64,000 nucleotides of DNA. Origin: Eledone cirrhosa. Its lineage: Eukaryota. The position numbers and the translations under genes are program-made. Numbering within the stretch: the first letter of the stretch is position 1; every line of letters starts with the position of its first letter. Where the stretch lies: NCBI GenBank assembly GCA_964016885.1, contig OZ024740.1:112220001-112284000 (forward strand), written 5' to 3'. This document shows, in pieces, positions 14,228-27,142 of this stretch. Below the pieces are notes generated by a model. It ran no database searches and had not been told where the DNA came from. It saw only the letters and a program-made list of their open reading frames with translations.

Positions 14228-14784
14228 AGTTTGGCCATTTACAGTTCAGTGTGTGATCTACCTGGCGAGTTACAGCTTAGTGTGTGGACTACCTAGCCTT
14301 TAACAGTTTAGTGTGTGGTCTACCTGTTTTGTTTTTTTTTTACAGTTCAGTGTGTGGTCAACTTAGTCATTTACAGTTTAGTGTGTGACCTACCTGGTCA
14401 TTTACAGCTCAGGGTGTAGTCTTCTTGGTCATTTGCAGTTCAGTGTGTGACCTACCTGGTCATTTACAGCTCAGTGTGTGGTTTACCTGTTTATTTACAG
14501 TTCAATGTATGGTCTACCTGGTCATTTACAGTTCAGTGTGTGGTTTACCTGTTTATTTACAGTTCAATGTGTGGTATATCTGGTGACTTACAGTTCAGTG
14601 TGTGGTCTACCTGGTCATTTACAGTTCAGTGTGTGGTCTACCTGGTCATTTACAGTTCAGTATTTGGTCTACCTGGTCATTTACAGTTCTGTGTGTAGTC
14701 TTACCTAGTCATTTTCAGTTGAGTGTGTGGTCCACCTAGCCGTTTATATTTCACAGTGTGGTCTACCTGATCATTTACAGTTCA
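14228..14784. repeat. 31-bp minisatellite, ~18 copies (consensus CTGGTCATTTACAGTTCAGTGTGTGGTCTAC)
   Basis: 31-bp period visible, e.g. 14611-14641 followed by the next unit. The same unit occurs at 48370-49050. Confidence 0.92.
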
Positions 14785-15824
14785 AAATGGCACGTCTTTA
14801 GAAACCCTTTAACAGCAATATAATGGGTAAAATGTGTTATAGTGGTGTTATTGGCTTCAAATTGAAGAGGATAATGGTGTTGATGTTTATTTATATAGAC
14901 AAGTCAGGAACAACCAGGTGAAAGAAGTAAGTACTAGAAAGCACAAGTAATAAACTACATCAGCTGAGGTCTCCGTAGACAGGTCATATGATTACACACT
15001 GTAGGTTAAGGATATTGTGGTAGACTACACGCTAAAATAACGTATGTGTGAGCAGAGAGATTGCATGTAAGGTAGAGAAAAAAACATTGTATGAGATAGA
15101 GAGAGAGAGAGAAATTGTGTATGAGATAGAGAGAAAAAGACTACATGTGAGAGAGAGAAAATAGATAGAGATACTGTGAGTGCGTGTGTAATAGATAGAA
15201 AAATACTGTGTGTAAGTTAAAGAGATAAATTAGAGATACTGTGCATGTGATATAGAGAGATAGCAATGCTGTGTGAGTGAGATAGAGAGACGGGAAAAGC
15301 AAGCAAGAAAGATAGACTCTTTGTGAGATAGAGAGTGATAGAGAGCTTCAATGTGGTAGAGAGAGATGGGGAGCGGGAGAAAGCTGAAGTAAATTACAAA
15401 CAATCCAAGAAACAAAAGAACAAAGAAAAAAGCTACAAAAATACAATAACGAAACAACTGTATAAAATAAAAGAGACACGAAAGAAACTAACAAAAAATG
15501 GTTGGGCTGAGAGAGAGATGTTAGGTAGTAAATGAAGGATAAGGAAAGTGTTGAAGTGGTAAAGGTGGTGCTTGTATGGAGTGGTGAGAGGAAGGTCTCG
15601 GAGTTTACCACTTGAAAGTCCGTTGTTTTTACCTTCAAAGGGAACTGAAAAGACGTGGAAAGACAGAGAAAGACAGAGAATGATAGGGAAATACATTGAA
15701 AGACATCCAAAGGCAACAATGTAAATAATGGGAGTGTTTTTAGCCAGTAATTGGACGGTAAATAACCATTGTGTTTGTGGGTAATTGTATTATGTTGTTG
15801 ATATATATAAATGTTTACAGTATG

Positions 15825-15895
<71 letters not shown>

Positions 15896-16086
15896 GGATG
15901 GGGAAAGAACAGACAGATAGTTAAAGAGCTAGAGAAATGTATAGATACATAGATGGATTAATTGCATGCATACAATGTCCCGTCCAACCCATACCATCTT
16001 ACAAAAAACTGGCGTAAAGGCTGACAACGGTCGAGTGGAAGTAGTAGTCATAGTGTTGGTACTAGTAATAGTGGTAATAGTGGTGT

Positions 16087-16147
<61 letters not shown>

Positions 16148-16151
16148 GGTG

Positions 16152-16182
<31 letters not shown>

Positions 16183-16183
16183 A

Positions 16184-16215
<32 letters not shown>

Positions 16216-16380
16216 AGGTGGTGGTGTATACAGCTGACATCTGCACAGGTTTCTTCTACAAATGTTCTTTAACAAAGCTATATTCACTTTTACTTTATTA
16301 TTAACACTCACTGTTCAACTTTCATTAAATACATCAGCAATATCAATAACATAAATTACTACATCTTTACATTCACTGTT

Positions 16381-16470
16381 CAAATTTCAATTGTTTCAAT
16401 ATCGATCAACTCAGGGTACAATCATAATGACCGGAGCCCGACTCTTCCTCGGCACCTCATCAGATATGCG
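16381..16470 (-). ncRNA. Degenerate long-stem-II hammerhead, paralog of 45422-45509
   Basis: Minus strand GCAUAU-CUGAUGA-GGUGCCG…AGUCGGG…CGAUAUU-GAAAC-AAUU-GAA; the cleavage site is mutated. Confidence 0.6.
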
Positions 16471-17204
16471 AGTTTATATGTGCATAGTTTATATAATATA
16501 TATGTATGTGTATGTATGCATGTATGTATGTTCTTCTGGTTTTATAATTTCACAAAGTTTTACTAATACAGAGAGAGTCGGTTTCTAACATAGACACAAG
16601 ACTCTCTCATTGGAATTTACACAGCATCAACTAGGTAGATATGTATGTATGTATGCATGTGTAGATATGGATGTTATTGTATGTGTGGATGTGGATGTTT
16701 TGAGTTGTATGTGTGCATGTGTATATGCTTTGTATCTGTACATGTGTATATGCAGTTATTAGATGTAAAATGTTTGGAATGTTTTACATATTTTTACTGT
16801 TCCATTAATGGATTGTACTTGTAATTTCCTAACTAGTTGTGTTCTTTCCGTTCCTGTGAAGCCTAGCTTCTCAAGATTTGTATTGGGGCAGTTACTAACA
16901 TACCCCAGTGCCCCAATAATCACAGGCATATGTATGTATGTTCATATTCAAAGAATACAAATCTTTGAAGAAAGAGAAATTACATGTTTGTCAAGTGCGT
17001 GTATAGTGAGAGATATTGACCTAAAGGAAGGAAACATGTAAGAGCACCAAACAGTGTTTAGTGGCCAATAAATTAAAATTAAAAACAAACATCCTTAAAG
17101 AAAAGAGGCTTCACATCTTCACATCACACATACAATTTAAAGTTTTATCAATTGGTGCCTTGTGTCCCGATACATCATCAGGTGATGAAAGGTCTCCACC
17201 GAAC

Positions 17205-17424
17205 AGGGCCGCAAGCCCTGTCATGAGTCTGCGGCCAGACCCATGTCTACTAGGTCCTCCTCCACAGACATTAACCATGTCTTTATAGATCTACCTCTAC
17301 TCCTACACCAACAACACCCCAGCTTCCACTCGAGTGAGATTCTCATTGGTCTTTTCGTGGGCATGCGTTGTAAGTGTCCCAGCATCATCCGCTGTCTCAG
17401 TGAAAGTAGTTGTCTGCTTAACAT
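17205..17424 (-). pseudogene. Decayed 3' end of an RTE-clade LINE ORF
   Basis: RQRMMLGHLQRMPTKRPMRISLEW…RSRGRSIKTWLMSVEEDL matches the RTE C-terminal pattern R.RW.GH..RM…W…R.RGRP.KTW…V..DL. Confidence 0.75.
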
Positions 17425-18150
17425 TGCTGATTGACATTTCTACTGACTTAACTCCCCTAGTTCTATTTGCTTTAAAGTTTTGTATTTATCTAAAAACCTT
17501 CCAACAATTTTATCAAAGAAAAATGTGTAAAGTTATACTCCAAACACCAGTATAATAACGAGTAAGTTATTTACTAAATCTCTCTAAATTCTATATTTTC
17601 AAAAGTAGTTTCAAATTATATGTAGTGTCTTTCATAAGAAATTTGATACGAAAAGGTGTGTTTTGTTATCAGATATGGAAGAACGACTATTAACAAGTAT
17701 AAACCTTCTGATAACTAACCTGAGCATCGTTTGTATCATACAAAGCAGTTTGTTTTAAAATGTTCAAATCTGAATACAAATTTTCAGAAAAATGTCATAT
17801 TCCAAACATCAGCTTATTTACAGAATATTTTGTTGTATTACTAACTCCTCCAAATTCTTGATTATTTTCTAAATTATTTGAAAGTCATGGGCAGTGTCAT
17901 TCATTAGAAGTATGGTAATAATAGATTTAAATAATTTTGATCTACATTCATTTTCACCGAAACACACTGCCAAAATCAAAACTCACACCAACGAATAGTA
18001 TCCAGAAGACAAGGTGTCAAAGTAGCAGTCATTAGAACATCGAATTAAATGTTTTATTGTAGTTACTCCGGCACACAGCATTCTGAGTACAAATCCTACT
18101 CTAGGATAACTTTACCCTTCCTCATTTCAGAGTTGAATAAAATACTCGTT

Positions 18151-18225
18151 CAGATGTCCCAAAAATGTAAACATACTTTTATTAGAATGCTATTGAAGTG
18201 TGTATACATTTTTGGGGGACACCAT
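18151..18225. mobile_element. Very short Tc1/mariner-type MITE
   Basis: Terminal inverted repeats GTCCCAAAAATGTAAACATACTT / AAGTGTGTATACATTTTTGGGGGAC; relative at 21285-21394. Confidence 0.6.
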
Positions 18226-18239
18226 ATATATATATATAT

Positions 18240-18327
18240 ATCACTGTTGTAATTATTTATACTAAACTCGTCCCATGGACTAAGTTCTCTTACCCTTGGA
18301 TATTTCCACCTAACTTTTACTACAGTA
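18240..18327 (+). mobile_element. Solo tail fragment of the hammerhead element at 22655-22860
   Basis: TCACTGTTGTAATTATTTATACTAAACTCGTCC…GGATATTTCCAC…TTTTACT is the reverse complement of 22655-22740; (TA)n on both sides. Confidence 0.7.
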
Positions 18328-18504
18328 TATAAATATACATATACATATATATATATGTATAAACCACAGCGAAGGGAAAAAATATATGTGAATGAAAAAT
18401 GGCGTGCTGCGTTGTTGCGAATATGAACATATGAATAAAAATAGACCAAGAAACAAGAATGTCCCTCATCAGTAGTGTGCTAATTATCGATGGTATTTCT
18501 TCGC

Positions 18505-18559
<55 letters not shown>

Positions 18560-18900
18560 TATTATTATTATTATTGTTATTAATATATGTTATTTAAGCA
18601 AATGTGTATAAAGCGTTGAAGCTTTAGGGGTCTGAAAGCAACTCACAGAATGGTCCTAGGCGGCTGCCTAGTTAGCTTTAATAGTAGCGGCCGGTCCTGA
18701 CAACACCACCATCACCAGCAACCAATAATAACAACAAACACGCACACACATATATATATATTGGTTTACACCTTTTTGTGGCAGGGATCGATAATGTTCT
18801 TAGAACTGAATGTGGCCTTGAAGAGATGACTTCAGCGAGATATGAACTGATTAACAACCTATCTCGGACTTTTGTTTTATTTTCATTGTTCAATAGATAT

Positions 18901-19009
<109 letters not shown>

Positions 19010-19173
19010 TTACGTGTACTGACACTATATATATATATATATGTATATATATTGCCAAAGCTATAAAAGCCATATAATAAAATATTTGCCTGAGGTAAAC
19101 ATATCAGTTAGATATTTATACAGGGGTTTATGTGGGGGAAACGTTATTTGCGGAATATTTGTGGATGTATGTC

Positions 19174-19224
<51 letters not shown>

Positions 19225-19235
19225 ATATATATATG

Positions 19236-19267
<32 letters not shown>

Positions 19268-19564
19268 AAAACGGAGAAAAAGACGATTATTAGGAAGAAA
19301 AATATATTTTTTCCCTTTTTATTTCTTTCTCTCTTTTTTCTGGGTTATATATATATATGTGTGTGTGTGTATGTGTTTATATTGTAAGTGTTAGTGGGTG
19401 TGGGAGTGAAGGACTATGATTTACCATTTCATTCATTTGTTTATTAGTTATATTTGTTCGTTTCAATAAGTTTGGTAAAGAATTTCGGCCCCAGGTAATC
19501 TGTGGTTTTTACCTAATTTGATTTATACATACATATATATACTATAATATAAATATACATATAA

Positions 19565-19623
<59 letters not shown>

Positions 19624-19735
19624 AGCGTGTGAATATGCATCATATGAATAAATGGTTCAGATTTCGTTTCAATCGTTTTATTTACACACGCACACACACA
19701 CTTATATTAATATACAAATCTATTGTATGTGTATA

Positions 19736-19777
<42 letters not shown>

Positions 19778-19887
19778 ATTGTGTGTGTGTGTACAAATAC
19801 ACACTAGTAAACAAACACAAACATCTGCAAAAAATAAATATAGATAAATAAATTGATGGAATGTGTGTGCCAGTGTGTGTGTGTATG

Positions 19888-19958
<71 letters not shown>

Positions 19959-19960
<2 letters not shown>

Positions 19961-20136
19961 CGAAGGAGGTGTGGTAAGGAACCAGATGGACCATAACGTA
20001 CCGGAGTACTCAATACTTAGGGTAGTAGAGTGGGTAATAGGAAAATGTGTAACCCCGACGGCAGAGCTCAAGCCGTTTGGACGGCTATCTCCGTCGAAAC
20101 GGCTTGAGCTCTGCCGTCGGGGTTAAACCTTTTCCT
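19959..20136. mobile_element. Hammerhead fold-back family B
   Basis: Long arm on the minus strand (19959-~20088), short arm on the plus strand (~20091-20136, ending TTCCTA); (TA)n flanks. Confidence 0.85.
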
Positions 20137-20852
20137 ATATATATATATATGTGTGTGTGTGCGTGCGCGTGTGTGTGCATCTATGTGTAGATGGTCAATG
20201 ATGTGTACGATTACCGAATCTCCCTGAGAACTACGTTAAGTGTACAGATATCAGTAGAATATATCAGTCACTTGCACTTTTATTTGATGAGTACGTTGTT
20301 CAGTTGATGAAATCAACTGGAACCTCCCTCGGCGAGACAGACATAGCTTCAACACAGTCTGGCTTATGCTAGGGATACTATTTGTGTGTGTAATCGTACG
20401 CCCATGTACGTGTGTATGTATGTGTGTGTTTGTGTGTGAGGGGGGGGCACCCGTGTGTGTGTATATGTGTGTGTGCAGGCGCCCGTGTGTGTGTCTGTGT
20501 GCGTGCAAGCGCCCGTGTCTGTGTGTCTGCAGGCGCCCGTGTGTGTGTGTTTATGTGTATGTATGTGTGTGTCAGTGTGTGTGTATGTATATGTGTGTCA
20601 GTGTGTGTGTGCGGCCGCCCATGTGTATGTGTGTGTGCGAGCGCCCATGTCTGTGTGTGTATGGATGTGTGCGGGCGCCCGGGTGTGTGTGTGTGTGTGT
20701 GTGTGTGTGCTTGGTAATTTCCTTGTTCCCAAATTCCAGTGATTAATCTAGAAATGATCAACATTTAATCTTCCAACGTTATCTCCAGTAAGGGTGGTGG
20801 AGGGGGAGTAAACAACAACAACAACAACAATATAAAAACAATCAAATAAAAC

Positions 20853-20866
20853 GTTCCTATGGCAAC
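20853..20866. promoter_or_regulatory. Candidate RFX X-box
   Basis: GTTCCTATGGCAAC fits the X-box consensus GTYNCY-AT-RGNAAC and lies in non-repetitive sequence. Confidence 0.35.
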
Positions 20867-21063
20867 CGATATGTCAACATTTCCATAATATTAAATGGTA
20901 GACGTAACCTAGAGCCAAATAAATACCTGGAGAGAAGGTTGAGGTGTGTGGGGGGGGGGGGGGGGGGTTGTAGGTGTGGGGGGGGGGGGTATTCTCTGTA
21001 TTTACCTCTCTAACGTCACCTCTCTCTCTCTCTCTCTGTCCATATATATATATATGTATGTAG

Positions 21064-21101
<38 letters not shown>

Positions 21102-21153
21102 CTTTTACTCCCTGGATTTATATATATATATATATATATACCTTACACTCCCT

Positions 21154-21238
<85 letters not shown>

Positions 21239-21284
21239 TGCTACATACACGAGCCGAAATCGCTTGGCTCTCGGATTTTACGCA

Positions 21285-21392
21285 TACAGGCTCTCTCCCA
21301 AAAATGTATACATACTTCAACTCAATTATAATAAATATTGCCTGTACAGGTAATCAATGTGGGTGGGTATAGATTTTGGGAGGGGCAACCTG

Positions 21393-21394
<2 letters not shown>
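21285..21394. mobile_element. Tc1/mariner-type MITE with TA ends
   Basis: TA-CAGG…CTCCCAAAAATGTATAC and GTATAGATTTTGGGAGGGGCAACCTG-TA form inverted termini. Confidence 0.6.
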
Positions 21395-21453
<59 letters not shown>

Positions 21454-21616
21454 GCTCAGTATTGATGACCGTGAAATGGGTACTCAGAACTCATAGGTTA
21501 ATATAAACTTTATTTCGGCCAAGCTTCTTGTCTGACGCGCCTGTCAGTACACAGGAGTAACTCCACTCCACTTGGCGTATATAAAGAATATATATATATA
21601 TATGTATGTATGTATG

Positions 21617-21681
<65 letters not shown>

Positions 21682-21869
21682 GTTTATGTATTTGTTTGGC
21701 AAGATTCTTGACGTAAAATCCTGTGTTAAAACTAATATTGTTATATTTGAGGATAGTCATTTTCCCAATTTTGCCAATAAAAACACATGCACTTTTTGAC
21801 TTTTACTTCAGCTTTATTATTGGTTTGTTTGTAAAAGCACTTTCAAGATGGAATAAGCAAAGAACACAT

Positions 21870-21912
21870 ATCATTGAGGAGGTCACAGAATGTGTGACGA
21901 AAGACCTTTGAC
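21870..21912 (+). ncRNA. Type I hammerhead, paralog of 40169-40212 (core partly degenerate)
   Basis: UCA-UUGAGGA-G-GUCACA-gaaug-UGUGAC-GAAAG-ac-CUU-UGA. It follows a repeat (21685-21795) also found at 39965-40065. Confidence 0.55.
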
Positions 21913-22466
21913 ATAATAACCAACAACTAATAATAATAAAGCTAATAAGTGTAACCACTGGCTCAACCATTCACCATTCAGTCAAACTTCCCAAAAGACA
22001 GCCTCACTATTTAATCTCTGGGTTGTGTGTCTTTATATATGAATTTGCTTTTAAGAAAACGTGGAGAAGGAAAATGTGAGAGCAACAGAAAGAGACAATT
22101 TGAAAGGAGTGAGAATGGGGGTTTGTGAAGAAGAGAATAGACTGGCTGTAGGAGGATAGAAATGAGAGGGTAATGGAGTTGAGTTTTGAATTTGATTGGT
22201 TGAAGCCTTATAGTTCTTTAATGGAGAATAGAGAAAGAGGGAAGAAAGGCGTGTAGTAGGCAGATAATCAGATAGATAGATAGATGGATAGATAGTCTGG
22301 TGTTACCCAGTTCCAGATGCGGGGGTGAAAACTGAAGCTGGAGGGTCTATGGTGAAGTGAGAAGCCCCAGTTGTTCGCCCTATGGAGAGAGATTAATGAG
22401 AGGAGATAGTGGGTATTACAAATATATAGAAACCAAATGACCAATCTTAGTGGGCGTTTTGCTCTG

Positions 22467-22538
<72 letters not shown>

Positions 22539-22654
22539 AATATAAATTCAGCGAGAATCGTATTTCGGCGGGTAGAAAAAGCGAAACGAAACGCAAATTC
22601 GTAGATATGCTGGCAAGCGCTCCAATAGTTAATAAAACTAGAGCTATATATATA

Positions 22655-22854
22655 TACTGAAGTAAAATTAAGTGGAAATATCCAAGAGTAAGAGCACTCA
22701 GTCGATAGGACGAGTTTAGTATAAATAACTACAACAGTGACATAGACAGGTACTCAAGTTTCGTTGGGTTCTGGCCCCAATTTCTTCAGCCTGTCATGAG
22801 AAAGGCTGGACCCAAAACCCAACGAAACTTGAGTACCTGTCTATTTCACTGTTG

Positions 22855-22860
<6 letters not shown>
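22655..22860. mobile_element. Fold-back insert in (TA)n carrying a hammerhead
   Basis: Long arm on the minus strand (22655-22795) and inverted short arm on the plus strand (~22812-22860); (TA)n flanks. Confidence 0.8.
22745..22795 (-). ncRNA. Type I hammerhead ribozyme
   Basis: Minus strand GACAGG-CUGAAGA-AA-UUGGG-gccagaa-CCCAA-C-GAAAC-uuga-GUA-CCUGUC: 6-bp stem I, canonical core, GUA cleavage triplet. Confidence 0.8.
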
Positions 22861-23217
<357 letters not shown>

Positions 23218-23274
23218 CCAGAAATAGCCGTCGAAACGGCTTGAGCTCTGCCGTCGGGGTCAGACATTTTCCTA

Positions 23275-23307
<33 letters not shown>

Positions 23308-23348
23308 TGTATGTAAATGATTTAAGACCCATGCATGATTAGAAGAAA

Positions 23349-23920
23349 GCGGTGGTATTTGGCAGAGTCGTTAGAACGTCGGAGAGAATATTAGAATATT
23401 GCACTATTCGTTCCGGCTCTCTGATCTCACCGAAGTCAACTTGACCTTTCATCCTTTCGAGGTCAATAAATAAGGTATCAGTCAAGTACTAGAATCGATT
23501 CTTCCCCTGTCTCTCCTTTTTACGTTCATTCTCTCGCTCTTCTCTCTCCTTCTCTGGAAGAAATCGGCTGTGGTCAGGCCTGGAAAGGGATGGGTCTTGC
23601 TAAGTTTAAAATGTCCAAGATATATCGGAATATAATGACAACGCCCTACGCCTCCATCAGCAGTTCAGGGCTATGGATAAATAGATAAGCACAACCTGAT
23701 AGAAATGTAACTGTTTCTACTTTAGGCACAAGGCCAGCAATGTTTGTGGTGAGGAGGAAAGTCGATTAAATCGACCACTGGTACTTTATTTTATTGACCC
23801 CGTAAGGATGAAAGGCAAAACTAACCTCAGCAGAATCTGAACTCAGAACGTAAAGGGCCATAACTCTATGCTAAAAAGCATGGTGTCTAACGCTCTACCG
23901 ATACTGTTAATCTACCACCC
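23349..23920. mobile_element. Two family 1 SINE copies (23349-23500 plus, degenerate; 23712-23920 minus)
   Basis: Both contain the CTTTCATCCTT..G(A/G)GGTCAATAAA domain, in opposite orientations. Confidence 0.75.
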
Positions 23921-24394
23921 TCTGATAGTAATATTATGATGGATAGTTAGCAACTGTTGGAGAGAACTTTTTTCACTGACATTCCAGCCGTAACATCCTC
24001 GTCAGTTGTTTTCCCTATGTGTAAGAACCATATTATCTAATCTCATTATATTTGTTTATGATATTGATAATGTTGATGGGGTTCATGTGGGTGGTGTTTA
24101 TAATGTTGATGATAGTGATGATGTTGCTTATAATGTTGATGTTTTTGGTGAAGATGATGTTGATGTTTTTGATGATGATGATGATGATAATGTTGATGTT
24201 TTTGATGATGATGATAATGTTGATGGTGTTCATGCTTATGATGATGATTATTTTGAAAAAGTTTATGAAGTTATTGATGATAATGATGATGATGATCGTC
24301 ATCATTATCATCATCATGGTGAAGATGTTAACGATATTGATGCTGATGTTGAAGATGATAATAAATATAATGATGATGATGTTGTCATTAACAG

Positions 24395-24502
24395 CCTGAG
24401 AAAAGTAACAAGAATGCTACAGACGGTATTGTGATAACGAGAGTTAGTGAAGGTGGCGCTGCTAGTAAGAGAGGACTTAAACCACACGACAAAATACTTA
24501 AG
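24395..24502 (+). CDS. Internal exon (phase 0/0, 108 bp) of a host PDZ-domain protein
   Basis: Acceptor …ttaacAG and donor AAG|GTAAGA. Translates PEKSNKNATDGIVITRVSEGGAASKRGLKPHDKILK, matching the PDZ pattern GI.IT.V..GG.A…GL…D.IL. Confidence 0.85.
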
Positions 24503-24519
24503 GTAAGACATATATTACT

Positions 24520-25495
24520 TCTTTCCCTCTCTCACTCATCTCTCTCTTTCTTTCCCTCACTCATCTCTCTCTTTCTCTCTCTCACTCATCTCTCTCTTTC
24601 TCTCTCTCACTCATCTCTCTCTTTCTTTCCCTCACTCATCTTTCTCTCTCTTTCCCTCTCTCACTCATCTTTCTCTCTTTTTCCCTCTCTCACTCATCTC
24701 TCTCTTTCCCTCTCTCACTCATCTCTCTCTTTCTCTCTCTCACTCATCTCTCTCTTTCTTTCCCTCACTCATCTTTCTCTCTCTTTCCCTCTCTCACTCA
24801 TCTTTCTCTCTTTTTCCCTATCTCACTCAACTTTCTCTCTTTTTCCCTCTCTCACTCATCTCTCTCTTTCTCTCTCTCACTCATCTCTCTCTTTCTTTCC
24901 CTCACTCATCTTTCTCTCTCTTTCCCTCTCTCACTCATCTTTCTCTCTTTTTCCCTCTCTCACTCATCTCTCTCTTTCCCTCTCTCACTCATCTCTCTCT
25001 TTCCCTCTCTCACTCATCTCTCTCTTTCTCTCTCTCACTCATCTCTCTCTTTCTCTCTCTCACTCATCTCTCTCTTTCTCTCTCTCACTCATCTCTCTCT
25101 TTCCCTCTCTCACTCATCTTTCTCTCTCTTTCCCTCTCTCACTCATCTTTCTCTCTTTTCTCTCTCTCACTCATCTCTCTCTTTCCCTCTCTCACTCATC
25201 TCTCTCTTTCTCTCTCTCACTCATCTCTCTCTTTCCCTCTCTCACTCATCTTTCTCTCTATTTCCCTCTCTCACTCATCTTTCTCTCTTTTCCCTCTCTC
25301 ACTCATCTCTCTCTTTCCCTCTCTCACTCATCTCTCTCTTTCTCTCCCTCACTCATCTCTCTCTTTCTCTCTCACTCATCTCTCTCTTTCTCTCTCTCAC
25401 TCATCTCTCTCTTTCCCTCTCTCACTCATCTTTCTCTCTCTCTTTCCCTCCCTCACTCATCTCTCTCTTTCCCTCCCTCACTTATCTTTCTCTCT
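24520..25495. repeat. Pyrimidine-rich minisatellite (~23-29-bp unit containing CTCACTCATCT)
   Basis: Dozens of tandem CTCTCTCACTCATCTCTCTCTTT(C/T) units directly after the PDZ exon donor. Confidence 0.9.
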
Positions 25496-26549
25496 CGTTC
25501 CTTCTCACCCCTCTCCCTCTCTTTCTCTCACTATCTCTCTCATATATATTCATTTATTCAGTGTAAGTTTGTCATTCTGTACATGTGTATATATGAATGC
25601 ATGTATGTATGCATTCTAGCCGTGACCATCCCGTTTTTTTACATATCTAGGACTACATTATCCAAAGTGCTCTTCTAATGGAGGAGATTTGGCTGTTCTT
25701 TATAGCTGGGCGTTCAATAAGATGGAGGCTTCTATTGGCGGTGAGACAAGTTGATTGTGGCGGCGGCGGCGGCGTTTTGTGGGATGTCCTGAGTAGACGA
25801 AATTCATTGAACCATGACATAATGCCAGTCTGGCTCCAACTACCCAACACACGTCTTCACACATACATACAAACACACACGTTCTCACACATACATGCAA
25901 ACACACGTTCTCACACATACATACAAACACACACGCACAGACACACACACACTTGCATAGATACATATACGTGAATATACACTTGCATGAAGACCCACAC
26001 GCAACAACTCTCGTACATACACACATCAACTCATACGTACACAAAATAAACACACACACGCACATACACACACACACATGCAACTATTCACACACATTGA
26101 CACACATACTCGCACATATTCACGCACATACTGGCATAACATGACATACAGACATACATACACATAAATAAAATCACACTCACATGAACATACGCACACA
26201 TAAAATTATACATATAGACATATATTGACACATACACACAGTCACATACACACACATATACACAAACTTAAACACACACACACATGCATGATAGGGGGGC
26301 AAGGATGTGACTGTGTGTGGTAGCAAGATGTGGAAACCCCACAACGCCTACCGAACACACACATACACATACATAGAATGAAATACACTCCCACAAACAC
26401 ATATTCACATACATGGGGTGTGGAGAGCAGCCCCTCAACGCCCACCTAACAGGTAATTAATCATTCATGGGTCAGAGAGTCGCTGTAGTTGGAGAATAAA
26501 AATATTGGAAGAAGAAAGAAAAAGACAGTGAAACAGGGATAGATAGCAC

Positions 26550-26591
<42 letters not shown>

Positions 26592-26592
<1 letters not shown>

Positions 26593-26742
26593 TTCTTTAT
26601 TAGCCACAAGGGCGCACAAGAAAAGGGGACAATACAAAGACATGCCGGGGATTTTACATACAGTCGTGTAAAAAATATAAAAACAAACAATTACAACAAT
26701 CGAAATCCCCAATAGGGGGGAGGCGCCACAAATGGGTTGTTT
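26592..26742 (-). mobile_element. 5'-truncated Tx1-like LINE relative (3' UTR only) in (GATA)n
   Basis: Homologous to 26881-27050. Minus strand ends GTGGCT-AATAAA-GAAATC(TATC)n; (GATA)n on both sides. Confidence 0.8.
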
Positions 26743-26743
26743 A

Positions 26744-26783
<40 letters not shown>

Positions 26784-27142
26784 ATAGATTTATATACATA
26801 TATACACAGGCGGATAGACAATAAATAGATGGATGGATAGATAGATAGTAGAGAGATAGAGAGATAGATAGATAGATAAGTTTCTTTTATTTGCCACTAG
26901 GGCATCAAAAGTGGGACAAGTACAAAGGGGGGAGTTTACACAAAAAGGCGTCCTCAATAAGGAGGAGGCAATAACAAAATATAAAAATAAAATAAGATAT
27001 AACAAAAAATAAAATTTTTAACAAAATCCTCAATAGAGAGGAGGCGCCTTGGGGGGTCGCACACACCCCCGAAAAAAGTGTGCAACCCTTTTCCTCAGGA
27101 GCACAGAGAGGGGGTGCTCCCTCGTTCCTTCCTCTTTTCCAC

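Noticed and set aside
14228-14784. CRISPR-like regular repeats (also 48370-49050 and 35465-36290)
   Set aside because: Units are contiguous with no unique spacers, there are no cas genes, and the context is eukaryotic.
24006-24390. Asp-rich 142-aa ORF (acidic biomineralisation-like protein)
   Set aside because: Degenerate (GAT)n microsatellite in the intron just upstream of the PDZ exon acceptor.
24431-25678. 415-aa ORF
   Set aside because: Only the first ~24 codons belong to the PDZ exon; the rest is read-through into an intronic CT-rich minisatellite.
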